From positions 32,001 to 96,000 of the forward strand of contig CAWGIE010000011.1 in the NCBI GenBank assembly GCA_963822585.1: a stretch of 64,000 nt of DNA, given 5' to 3'. Below the pieces are notes generated by a model. That model had not been told where the DNA came from. It saw only the letters and a program-made list of their open reading frames with translations, and did no database searches. The position numbers were made by a program, and so were the translations under genes. Origin of the DNA: an uncultured bacterium (GTDB taxonomy: Bacteria; Auribacterota; Erginobacteria; Erginobacterales; Erginobacteraceae). Positions 19,270 through 28,468 of this stretch are shown here, piece by piece. The stretch's first letter is position 1, and each line of letters starts with the position of its first letter.

Positions 19270-21108
19270 TTATTTCACGGTGCGCACGCGCCGAATCAGT
19301 TCGAGGGGGACGGTCCACTTGTTGAGAGGACTGATAAGATAAAGACCGTCAATCTCGGATTTAATCTCATCGATCAGTTCCCCGGCGATCTCTAAACCGG
19401 CCCGGGCCCCGGGGCCATCCCCGGCGGCGATTCTTTCTTTCACTTCCCGGGGGATAGCGATGCCGGGGACTTCGTTCTCCATGAACTCGGCGTTCCGCAG
19501 CGAGAGGAGAGGATAGATTCCGATGAAGATCCGGACATCGAGATCCGAGCAGGCCTCCATCACTTCCCTGGCCCGCGCGGCGGTGAAGACGGGCTGGGTC
19601 ATCGCAAAACGGGCGCCGCTGTCAATCTTCCGGCGGAGTTTCAACACCTCCGCCTTCAGGTTGGGGGCGTTGGCATTGAAGGCGACCCCGATGGAGAGAT
19701 CGGTCGGATGGGCGATCGCTTTTCCGGAGAGCATATGGCCCCGGTTGAGCTGATCGATCAACCCCACCAGGTGGATGCTGTTGATAGTGAAAATCCCCCG
19801 GTTCCCGGGCTGGTCGCTCTTCCCGGCCGGATCGCCGGTAACGGCCAGAACGGCCTCCAGTCCCTCCACCTGGGCCCCCAGAAGGAGGGACTGAAGGCCG
19901 AGGATATTGTGGTCCCGGGTGGTCAGATGAGGGATGACCTGGATGCCGGACCGGCGGCGGACAACCCCCCCAGCACAGATCGAGCTGACCCGGAGGGCGG
20001 CCAGGGGATTATCCGCCATCGAGACCGCATCGGCGCCGGCATTCTTGACCGCCAGGGCGCCCTGGATCACCCTTTCCAGATCGGGAGAAACGGGAGGATC
20101 GATCTCGACGATGATCGGAAGCCGGTCCCGCCGGAGGCCGGCGAGAAACCCTCCCTCCAGGGACTTTTCCGTCCGCAGGGGGACGGTGATCCGGGTGGGA
20201 GGAGCCTTCCGGCGAGGTGCCGGTTCGGAGGGGACACGGCCCAGCATCTGGCGAAGAACCCTGATATGCCGGGGCGTGGTCCCGCAACAGCCTCCGATGA
20301 GACGGACACCGAACGGAAGGAGTTCCCGGCATTTTTCGGCAAAATACTCCGGCGCCGCCGGGTAAATGATCCGGCCCTGGACCATCTGCGGAATACCGGC
20401 GTTGGGGAAAGCCGAGAGCAAGGCTCCTTCCACCGTCGACGCTCCTTTCAGGACCTCCCGAACCGAGGAGAATCCCCCCCCGCAGTTGCTCCCGAAGACG
20501 GAAGCCCCGCCGGCGAAGGCCTGCCGGCAGTAACTCTCCGCGGTCCGGCCGAAAATACAGAGGCCGCGGTTGGAGGGGGCCATCTGAGCGATGAGGGGGA
20601 GATCGGTCACCTCCCGGGCGGCCCGGAGGGCGAGAGCGAGGTTCTCCCATTCTTCAAAGGTCTCCAGTAGAACAACATCCACGCCGCCTTCAGCAAGGGC
20701 CGCGATCTGCTCCTGGTACGCCTCGAAGAGTCCCCCTTCGTCTGCCGGGCGGGGACCGGCCATCTCCCGGGCCGGCGTGGGGATCATTCCCACCGCCCCC
20801 GCCACAAAAACATCTTCCCCGGCGGCATCCCGGGCCAGGGCAGCCGCCGCCCTATTGATCCTCGCCACCTGTCGTTCGTACCCCGCGGAGCGGAGGCGGA
20901 AGCGGTTGGCACCGAAGGTATTGGTCTCGATCAGATCGGCACCGGCGGCGATATACTCCTGATGGACAGCTTTTATCTCCGCGGGTTCGGTCAGACAGAG
21001 AGCTTCGAAACTCTGTTGGGGGCGGATCCCTTTGGAGAGGAGGAGCGTCCCCATGGCGCCGTCCCCGATCAGGATCCGTTCTTTAATTGCCTCAAGAAAC
21101 GTGGTCAT
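19270..21108 (-). CDS. yitJ: Bifunctional homocysteine S-methyltransferase / methylenetetrahydrofolate reductase (YitJ-like)
   Basis: DGAMGT, ETNTFGAN, GSNC, PNAG, GGCCGTTP, followed by an MTHFR domain (EIDPP, AVTGDP, MTQPVF). Confidence 0.93.
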   Translation of the reverse strand: MTTFLEAIKERILIGDGAMGTLLLSKGIRPQQSFEALCLTEPAEIKAVHQEYIAAGADLIETNTFGANRFRLRSAGYERQVARINRAAAALARDAAGEDVFVAGAVGMIPTPAREMAGPRPADEGGLFEAYQEQIAALAEGGVDVVLLETFEEWENLALALRAAREVTDLPLIAQMAPSNRGLCIFGRTAESYCRQAFAGGASVFGSNCGGGFSSVREVLKGASTVEGALLSAFPNAGIPQMVQGRIIYPAAPEYFAEKCRELLPFGVRLIGGCCGTTPRHIRVLRQMLGRVPSEPAPRRKAPPTRITVPLRTEKSLEGGFLAGLRRDRLPIIVEIDPPVSPDLERVIQGALAVKNAGADAVSMADNPLAALRVSSICAGGVVRRRSGIQVIPHLTTRDHNILGLQSLLLGAQVEGLEAVLAVTGDPAGKSDQPGNRGIFTINSIHLVGLIDQLNRGHMLSGKAIAHPTDLSIGVAFNANAPNLKAEVLKLRRKIDSGARFAMTQPVFTAARAREVMEACSDLDVRIFIGIYPLLSLRNAEFMENEVPGIAIPREVKERIAAGDGPGARAGLEIAGELIDEIKSEIDGLYLISPLNKWTVPLELIRRVRTVK

Positions 21109-21312
21109 GAATACTCGCCGCAAAAACGCGCAAAAAATGCGAACGGTTATACGCCTCTACCGCGGCCCCTTTTATCAGCCGCAAAAAGGCGCAAAATACG
21201 CAAGAGTTCCCTCTCCCTCGCCCCCTTAAAATAACAGACGATTGAATGTGATGGAATGTGATGGCCTCTCGCGGGCTTCTCCGTTCAATGGTGAACGTTC
21301 GGTCTTCCCTCC

Positions 21313-21888
21313 CTATTTCCCGGGGACTCCTTCGACTTCAGCGGGCGGTTGATCGCTGAAAATCAGTACGTCAACCACCTCCTCTCTCTTTTCCAGAAAA
21401 ACATAGTTCGAAGAGGCGATCTCACTTTCCAATGCCCGCACCGGGACGGAAAAATCCTGGAGAAGGGCGGTATAGGGATAGAGGACAACCTTATGTTCCA
21501 GTCCGTTTCCCAGGGCGACCACCAGGTAGGGAGCATCTTCCCGGAGAGGGAAGAGGGCGACATAGGTGTTTCCCCCTTTAAACCTGCCCTGGCTGATCAG
21601 ATGGGGGTTGTTCTGGGACAAGCTGAAATATGCCGTGGTCCCGGTATCCAGCCACCGCCGGGCATCATCATAGTACCGGATGCTCCAGCCCACCGGGACC
21701 CACCGCTCGGTCAGGAGCGAAAAGGTCACCTCCAGCACCTCGTCGCCCGGGAGCAGGCCGATGACCGGGTTGGGGATGATCCGGACTCTCAGAATGTTGA
21801 AGAGGTCTCCCCCCTGTACGGGGAGAGTAAAAATTAGAGCGAATCCCAGGAAAAGACCGGCGGCGGCTGTCATTTTTTTCATACGCAT
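21313..21888 (-). CDS. Hypothetical exported protein
   Basis: 191 aa, signal-peptide-like N-terminus, AAGGAG RBS. Confidence 0.7.
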   Translation of the reverse strand: MRMKKMTAAAGLFLGFALIFTLPVQGGDLFNILRVRIIPNPVIGLLPGDEVLEVTFSLLTERWVPVGWSIRYYDDARRWLDTGTTAYFSLSQNNPHLISQGRFKGGNTYVALFPLREDAPYLVVALGNGLEHKVVLYPYTALLQDFSVPVRALESEIASSNYVFLEKREEVVDVLIFSDQPPAEVEGVPGK

Positions 21889-21901
21889 CTCTCCTTTAAC
21901 A

Positions 21902-22070
21902 TAAATTAGCGGCTTCGCCGCTAATTTAGTGAGTTATTCTATTTTACAATCAAGGGAAATTGTTAACGCTGTTTTGATTAGTTTGAATCCAACGCTTTAC
22001 GCCAAAACGATAATTTTTACTCATTATTGTGCGCCAGAGGCGCATCAGCCTCGGGCCGAAAATTCCGAAA
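21902..22070. repeat. Diverged family E copy
   Basis: Identical terminal hairpin plus AGTGA, residual internal similarity (TCCAAC, CATTAT), ends in AAATTCCGAAA. Confidence 0.6.
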
Positions 22071-22122
22071 TAATACATTATCGCCAGCATGGTAATCGAC
22101 CGACCGGTAGGATTTCAAGCCT

Positions 22123-22563
22123 TTACTTCGTCAGATATTCCACCCGGACCCCGGTTACACCCCGGCCCAGGATCCCCAGCTTGCGGGCGCTCCAGTACGA
22201 GAGATCGACCTCCCGCCGGGGATGGGGCACAAGGGGGCGTATCACCCTGCCGGATCGGCTGACCTTATACGGACCCCGGTCGGTGATCCGGACGATCACG
22301 CTCCGGTCATTCTCCGGATTGACGACCCGCAGCCAGCTCCCCAGGGGCAGTGTACAGTGCGCGGCACTGAAATCAAGCATGTTGTATCTGCGGCCGGAAG
22401 CGGTCGGACGACCGTGGAATTGACCGCCGTACCAGGACGCCCGAGTCTCCCGGCGGCCGGTGATTCTGAAGCGGGGTAGAACAAGACTGAGAATAAATGC
22501 CGTCACCAGAAGGAGAACGAAGGGGATGAAACAAATCCGGGAATGCCGGGGCGGACGCATCAT
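22123..22563 (-). CDS. rlpA: Septal ring lytic transglycosylase RlpA-family protein
   Basis: ASWYGGQFHGRPTASG, AAHCTLPLG, VRITDRGP, DLSYWSA. Start uncertain. Confidence 0.88.
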   Translation of the reverse strand: MMRPPRHSRICFIPFVLLLVTAFILSLVLPRFRITGRRETRASWYGGQFHGRPTASGRRYNMLDFSAAHCTLPLGSWLRVVNPENDRSVIVRITDRGPYKVSRSGRVIRPLVPHPRREVDLSYWSARKLGILGRGVTGVRVEYLTK

Positions 22564-22597
22564 CAATAAAGAACTACCGGTTTGTTCGCTCTCGGTC

Positions 22598-23317
22598 TCA
22601 CTTTCCGGCAAGGAGGGGCGCGAGCTTATCCCGGCAAAGGCGGTAATTGTTCTCACAGATCCCGGGGCCGTCCGTTCGAAGATACCGGTAGTCGGCCCAC
22701 GATTTTTCCCAGAGACGGGAGAAGAAAGTACCATATGAGAGCCGGGGAGTAACGAAGATAATCAGAGAAGCCAGGACCACCACGTTCACGAGATAGATAA
22801 AAGGAAAGGAAAAAATCCGGCCGGTGGCCCAGATATCCGGCTGTCCCTGTACCAGAACATACAAAGTCAGTGTAAAGTGAAACGCCCAGGTGAAACCGAG
22901 CAGAAAACCGAGAATCCGCATCGCGACCGGGGGTAGAGGGAATAAAACGGTCAGTATCCCGTAGAGGACGATGGCAAGCGCGCTGTAAAGGGGGAAAAAG
23001 TAGGGTGCCAGGAAGATGAGGAAATTCGATTTGGAGGTACAGACTTCCCCCCCCGTCGCCGCCGCCTTGAAACCCTTGACCCGTCCGCCGAAGAGCCATA
23101 CCCAGAGAACATGGGTCAGTTCATGCCCGAAAATATAGGTCCGAATCGGCTGCTGGAAGACGGCCAGCAGCAGCAGATAACTGAACAGACCGGCCAGGAA
23201 CCAGATCTCCGTTTTCAGCACCGGCACGACCTCCCGCCCGAATACCACCGTGGCGGCCACGCAGGCGGGGATCAGGAAAATTCCCAGCAATAACTTGGCG
23301 ATCCGGATCAAGATCAT
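22598..23317 (-). CDS. Membrane metallopeptidase (M50-like)
   Basis: Multiple TM helices, GHELTH (HExxH), LAPYFFP. Confidence 0.75.
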   Translation of the reverse strand: MILIRIAKLLLGIFLIPACVAATVVFGREVVPVLKTEIWFLAGLFSYLLLLAVFQQPIRTYIFGHELTHVLWVWLFGGRVKGFKAAATGGEVCTSKSNFLIFLAPYFFPLYSALAIVLYGILTVLFPLPPVAMRILGFLLGFTWAFHFTLTLYVLVQGQPDIWATGRIFSFPFIYLVNVVVLASLIIFVTPRLSYGTFFSRLWEKSWADYRYLRTDGPGICENNYRLCRDKLAPLLAGK

Positions 23318-23347
23318 AATAAATTAACTCGCTGCGCTCGTAAATTT

Positions 23348-23569
23348 ATGCAGGATCGTCCTTCACTCCGTTCAGGACTTGTAGTAGATGTAGTAATTGT
23401 AGTATCGCCTTGCCGGAGGCAAGGCTTGCTGCGCGACAAGCGACTGCCGATAGGCAGGACGCGATCCTACAATGCCTACAAAGAATGCCGGAGGCATTCT
23501 GATCCTACAAGTCCTGTCGCAGACCCTGAGCTTGCCGAAGGGTAGCAAGGCGCAAGGACGATACTGCAT
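23348..23569. repeat. Concentric three-layer palindrome (REP/REPIN-like nest)
   Basis: Pairs atgcaggatcgtcctt/aaggacgatactgcat, caggacttgtag/ctacaagtcctg and attgtagtatcgc/gcgatcctacaat, plus internal hairpins. Confidence 0.85.
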
Positions 23570-23598
23570 CACTGTATTTTTAAATACCGCCTAACATT

Positions 23599-24729
23599 TT
23601 ATTCCAGCGCGACTCCCTTCCTGACGAATGTCGGGATGTCCAGGTCTTCCCCATCGAGGAGCGTGGGATCGGAGTCAACGAAGGCCCCCCGGGCCAGCTT
23701 CTTGAAATCGATCTCCGTCTGGGTCGCCGGACGGACTTCGGTCGTCAGGGTGACCGGGACCTCATGCGCGCTTCCTCCTCCCACCCTCTCCGGGAGCCCG
23801 GTAGCGATGACCCGGACCGCGATCTTTTCCCCCGCCGCCGGATTCCGGCTGATGGTATAGAGAAGTTCCACTTCCTCGTCCAGCCTTTCCGAGACCGCGC
23901 CGATCGCCTGCTCGAGACGACGAAAGGGGACCGGACCGGCAGCTTCAATCTGGATGAACAATCCCCGCGCCTGAGCCAGCTCGGCAGGACTGAGAGAGAG
24001 CGCCGAAAAAGCGCCCTTCACCGCCGCCACCAGCTGATCGGGCCCCGTCGCCTGGTGAGAACCCATCACGGTTTCACCGGGCACGGTCAGGATGGTCTCC
24101 AGGGACGTGTAATCGCCCCCCGAGCGCGGGAGATCGGCGAGATAGGCGATCACGCTTTCTACCGCTTCCTCTAAAATCCGGTCACAGTACCGGAAGACCT
24201 CGTCGTGCGGGGTATCGTCTTCAACGGGACCCACCAGCCGATCAAGGGAAAAACAGGCCAGACCGGCGCCGGTCTCCTCGATCTTTTTCCGCGCCTGGCC
24301 GAAGAGAAGATTTTTCTTTTTCCCCTCAAAGAAGAAAGGACGCGTGACGAAAGCCAGGGTTAAGATCCCCAGACCGCGGGCAAGCCCGCACAGCGCGGGG
24401 ATCAGGCTGCTCCCTACCCCGCCCCCCAGGCCGCCCACGATCAGGACCGCCCGAGAATCGCCCAGTTTCTCCTTCATTTTCGCCTCGCTCTCCCGGAAGG
24501 TCTGGTCACCTTTCCGGCGATCGCCACCCCCACCCCGGCCGGGGGCCGATTTTTGACCGATGGTCATCTTGTCGTCCACCGGGGAACAAACCAGGGACTG
24601 GATGTCCGAATCAACCGCCACGATCTCCAGCCGGCGTCGATACTCTTCCGGCAGCGCCCCCGCGATCCGAACCCCCCAGCCGCCAACCCCCCAGAGCGAA
24701 ATTTTCTCTTCCGTTTTTTCCTTGCTCAT
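23599..24729 (-). CDS. ftsZ: Divergent cell division protein FtsZ
   Basis: Follows ftsA; GVGG, GLGGGVGS, TRPFFFEG, VIATG, C-terminal EDLDIPTFVRK. Confidence 0.88.
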   Translation of the reverse strand: MSKEKTEEKISLWGVGGWGVRIAGALPEEYRRRLEIVAVDSDIQSLVCSPVDDKMTIGQKSAPGRGGGGDRRKGDQTFRESEAKMKEKLGDSRAVLIVGGLGGGVGSSLIPALCGLARGLGILTLAFVTRPFFFEGKKKNLLFGQARKKIEETGAGLACFSLDRLVGPVEDDTPHDEVFRYCDRILEEAVESVIAYLADLPRSGGDYTSLETILTVPGETVMGSHQATGPDQLVAAVKGAFSALSLSPAELAQARGLFIQIEAAGPVPFRRLEQAIGAVSERLDEEVELLYTISRNPAAGEKIAVRVIATGLPERVGGGSAHEVPVTLTTEVRPATQTEIDFKKLARGAFVDSDPTLLDGEDLDIPTFVRKGVALE

Positions 24730-24797
24730 TCGTATTCTCCTCTTATTTTTCCGCCCCGCCTCGAAGTATTAATCGGGGGAGGAAAAAATAAGAAAGA

Positions 24798-26024
24798 TTA
24801 AAAATAGCGGTCCAGCCAGCGTTTCACCCCACTGATGAATTTCACCGAGGAAGGGCCCTCGGAAGACCGGCCGCGATCCGAGCGAAATCCGTACTTCACC
24901 AGGCCGACGGCGGTGGAATACACCGGGCTGTCGATCACCTCCCGCAGCCCGGAGACGCCGGCCGGGGTACCGATCCTGATCGGGAGGCCGGTCTCCCGCC
25001 CGGCCAGGGCGGCGATATCTTTCAGCAGCGCCCCTCCGCCGGTGAGAACCAGCCCCGAGCCGATTGACTGGAAGTGGCCGGACTTTTCCAGGTCCCGGCG
25101 GATCACCTGGAAAAGTTCCATCAGCCGCAGTTCGATGATCTGGCAGAGCTTCTTCCGGGACAGCCCATCGGGGGAACGGGTCAAAGCCTCGGGCAGGAAG
25201 AGATCGCTGTCATCCCGGACCCGGTCGTGCAGAGCCGATCCGTACTTCTTTTTCAGTTCTTCGGCCTGGCGCAGAAGAAGTTTCATCCCCAGGCTGATGT
25301 CGTTCGTGACGTGATCGCCCCCCACGCTCAGAACCCTGGTGTGCCGGACGGTCTCATCCCGGAAAAAGACGTAGTCGGTGGTTCCGCCGCCGATATCCAC
25401 CAGCACAACCCCGGACTGCTGTTCTTCCTTTCTTACTACCGCCAGGCTGGAGGCCAGCTGCTGCAGGACGATGTCAGTGACATCGAGACCGGCCTGGTTG
25501 ATGCAGTTGATGATATCCCGGATGGCGGCGGTTTTGCCGGTGACCAGGTGGACCTGGGCTTCCAGCCGGGTTCCCTGCATGCCTTCCGGGTCAGCGATGC
25601 CCTGCCTGTCGTCGACCGAGAATTCCTGCGGTATGGTATGCAGAATCTCCCGGTCCCGGGGGAGAGCCAGGGACCGAGCGGCCTCGGTGGCGCTGATCAT
25701 GTCCTTCTCCGTCACCCCTACCGTCGGATTGAGGACCGGCAAAACCGCCCTGCTGTTGAAGCTCTCGATATGGCTCCCCGTGACCCCGGCGTAGACGGAC
25801 TGTATTTCGAACTCGCAGATATTTTCCACCTGAGCAATCGTTTTTTCAATCGACTCCACGGTCTGGGCGACATTGATCACCTCGCCCTTGCGCAGGCCCC
25901 GGGACGGCTGGCTTCCCGCACCCAGAATCCGGATATCCCCGTCCTCAACCCGTTCCGCGACCAGCATGCAGATCTTGGTCGTTCCCACGTCGAGACCGGC
26001 TATAATGTCACGATTCTTGGCCAT
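24798..26024 (-). CDS. ftsA: Cell division protein FtsA
   Basis: GLDVGTTKI, DIGGGTTD, GGDHVTNDI, VLTGGGA, YSTAVGL. Confidence 0.97.
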   Translation of the reverse strand: MAKNRDIIAGLDVGTTKICMLVAERVEDGDIRILGAGSQPSRGLRKGEVINVAQTVESIEKTIAQVENICEFEIQSVYAGVTGSHIESFNSRAVLPVLNPTVGVTEKDMISATEAARSLALPRDREILHTIPQEFSVDDRQGIADPEGMQGTRLEAQVHLVTGKTAAIRDIINCINQAGLDVTDIVLQQLASSLAVVRKEEQQSGVVLVDIGGGTTDYVFFRDETVRHTRVLSVGGDHVTNDISLGMKLLLRQAEELKKKYGSALHDRVRDDSDLFLPEALTRSPDGLSRKKLCQIIELRLMELFQVIRRDLEKSGHFQSIGSGLVLTGGGALLKDIAALAGRETGLPIRIGTPAGVSGLREVIDSPVYSTAVGLVKYGFRSDRGRSSEGPSSVKFISGVKRWLDRYF

Positions 26025-26166
26025 GATTATAACTTAGCCCTCGCTTCGCTCGGGCGACTAAATAAAACTACGAATTACACAAATTACACGAATGTTCTTC
26101 AAAATATCCCTGCCATATCGCTTCAACGCTTGCGCATTCTTATTTTTCCGCAGGAAAAATAAGATG

Positions 26167-27003
26167 TCAGTCATCGAAAACAACCGGGATCTTGGAGTAG
26201 CGGAGATCCACCTCCCGGGCCCGGGGCAGATCGGGTCCCAATCTGCCGAGGACCGTCTTTAACCGAGCCAGCTGCTCGCCGTAATCTTCCTGTCCGAGCG
26301 TAATTTCCATCTTTCCCTCCGTCCTCATCTCGATCAGGCCTGAAGAGAAAACGCGGATTTCATCGATCCGGACCAGGGACCCGATGTCCTCTTCCTCCAG
26401 CCCGCGCAGGAGTTTGAGGCAGGCGTCTTTCTTGTCGGCCGGAGACAGATCCCGGCTGTTGTTGACCACCCTCAGCCCCTTAATCACCGGGAGCTGAATC
26501 TCCGGGGCTTCCTTGCGGGGGCCGAGAACGACCCCCCAGTCGTCAATGGTATAGAGTCGCCCAAAAGACACCCGGGCGCGGGGCTCCCTCTCCATGACAT
26601 CGACCCGGATCGCATCCGGAAAGATTCGTTCCACGCGGGCATCCCGGAAATCGTCATTCCGCAGGAGGGACTCCCGGGCGGCCGCCGGGTCCAGGGTAAA
26701 GATGTTGCCCCCGGTTTCCAGACCGGTCATGGTTATTATTTCTTCCTCGGTATAGGCATGATTGTTCCTGATCCTGATTTTCTTCACGGTGAACATCTCC
26801 GAGTCATGGCACAGCCACCACCCGGCGGCGCCGAGGGCTCCGAGAAGGAGGAAGATCATGATACTCCCCCTTACCCTTCTTCCTCCGCCGGCGCGGGGCG
26901 ACGCCGGCACCGGGCTCTTTTTCCGGCGTCGCTTGACCGACGCGTTCATCCTCAACCCCGAACGGGGACGGCTGAGCTTGCTGCTTAATAAAAGCCATTT
27001 CAT
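26167..27003 (-). CDS. ftsQ: Cell division protein FtsQ/DivIB
   Basis: Basic N-terminus, single TM, POTRA-like domain (RIFPDAIRVDVMEREP), C-terminal VDLRY; position before ftsA. Confidence 0.9.
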   Translation of the reverse strand: MKWLLLSSKLSRPRSGLRMNASVKRRRKKSPVPASPRAGGGRRVRGSIMIFLLLGALGAAGWWLCHDSEMFTVKKIRIRNNHAYTEEEIITMTGLETGGNIFTLDPAAARESLLRNDDFRDARVERIFPDAIRVDVMEREPRARVSFGRLYTIDDWGVVLGPRKEAPEIQLPVIKGLRVVNNSRDLSPADKKDACLKLLRGLEEEDIGSLVRIDEIRVFSSGLIEMRTEGKMEITLGQEDYGEQLARLKTVLGRLGPDLPRAREVDLRYSKIPVVFDD

Positions 27004-27025
27004 TGGTTTCCCTCCCGATATCGAT

Positions 27026-27314
27026 TAATCTGGATTATTCATGAAAATTTTCAATTTTCATGAATAATCCAGATTATCATCTTTCGTCCAATATGTTATG
27101 TATAGTAATCCCTGTTATGCGACTTCAGCAGACTGTTTTTTCTTAACCGATAGGCCAACATCTTATTTCAACTCGCGAGAACGCAATAAATAATAAATGT
27201 TTTCCGGCAAGTGATTGCGTGAGAATATACTATGATTATTACCTTATACCATTTCTACCCATGCCAGCTACGGCTTTGTTCAGAACTAACCCGATTTATG
27301 AATAAATCTGGTTA
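27026..27314 (-). mobile_element. Family C element (inverted copy) between ddl and ftsQ
   Basis: Both terminal palindromes and the internal blocks GCAATCACTTG and CCTATCGGyTAAGA..AACAGTCTGCTG are shared with 5577-5864. Confidence 0.75.
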
Positions 27315-27429
27315 ACGGAAATTATTTCCCTCATCGCGTCTCCTTCCCCGTTTTCGCCAGAGAACCGGGTCGGCACAGGGGGGCTCCCTGCAACCGCACT
27401 CTTTTCCAGGTCGATCAGGCGGCGCATTA

Positions 27430-28365
27430 TCATCCCCGCCTCCGAAAGTTTTTTCGGGTTAACGCCAGATCCAGCAAACGAAGACAGAGCGCCGTGAAGT
27501 CAGTGCCGGTCGCGGCCGCGGCTTGCGGCAAAAGACTGGTGGCGGTAAATCCCGGGATGGAGTTAACCTCGAGGAGATACGGATTGCCGTCGTCACCGAG
27601 TATGATATCAGCACGGGAATAGGCAAAGCAACCCAGGGATCGATGTGCGGTCAGCCCCGCTTCCTGCACCTCGCGGCGGACACCGGGGGGGAGAAGCGCG
27701 GGGACCACGAACCGCGATCTCCCCTTGACATACTTCGCCTCGTAATCAAAAAATGGGTTAAGTGGTTTGATCTCGACCACCGGCAGCGGCTCATCTTCCA
27801 GAACCCCGACCGTCAACTCCCTCCCCTTGATGTAACTTTCAACCAGGATCACTTCATCATGTCCCCGGGCCGTTTTCACGGCCTCTTCAAATTGCCGGTC
27901 CGTCCGCGCCAGGCTCAAGCCGATGCTCGATCCTTCCCGAGCCGGCTTGACGATCACCGGAAAGGGAAAGGGCGGAGCAGCCGGGACATCATCACGGCCA
28001 TAGACGCGGCAATCCGGCGTCGACAGCCCGGCGGCTTTAAAGAGCCCGCGGGAAACGACCTTGTCCATGGCCCGGCGGCTGGCCTCAATCCCGGATCCGG
28101 AATAGGGGATACCCCGTTCCTCCAGGAATTCCTGTATCTGACCGTCTTCACCGAACCGGCCGTGAAGCGCTATGAATGCCAGATCCAAGCGGGAAGACTC
28201 AATGCCAACGATAATATCTTCGTGCTCGCCGATTTCGACGACCGTCACCCCGGCCCCCCGGAGCGCCGCCGAGACCGCCTTCCCCGACTTGAGCGATATC
28301 TCCCTCTCCGCGGACGGCCCGCCCAGGAGGACCCCCACCGTGCCATATTTTTTCGGATCTATCAT
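27430..28365 (-). CDS. ddl: D-alanine--D-alanine ligase
   Basis: GGPSAEREISL, LHGRFGEDG, KPAREGSSIG, FDYEAKY, LEVNSIPG. Confidence 0.97.
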   Translation of the reverse strand: MIDPKKYGTVGVLLGGPSAEREISLKSGKAVSAALRGAGVTVVEIGEHEDIIVGIESSRLDLAFIALHGRFGEDGQIQEFLEERGIPYSGSGIEASRRAMDKVVSRGLFKAAGLSTPDCRVYGRDDVPAAPPFPFPVIVKPAREGSSIGLSLARTDRQFEEAVKTARGHDEVILVESYIKGRELTVGVLEDEPLPVVEIKPLNPFFDYEAKYVKGRSRFVVPALLPPGVRREVQEAGLTAHRSLGCFAYSRADIILGDDGNPYLLEVNSIPGFTATSLLPQAAAATGTDFTALCLRLLDLALTRKNFRRRG

Positions 28366-28468
28366 GATTTCAAACTAAATATTATTTGGGATTTGAGATT
28401 TGGTATTTCCCCCCTGCTCTCAATATTTCTGATTATATTCACACATGCTTTTCACCAAAGATCAAATT

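Noticed and set aside
21110..21310. Possible SAM riboswitch upstream of the methionine synthase gene
   Set aside because: No SAM-I core recognised; the region is explained by two direct copies of a GCAAAA 9-mer repeat arm.
27331..27433. 33-codon ORF overlapping the ddl stop
   Set aside because: No recognisable features; too short to support.
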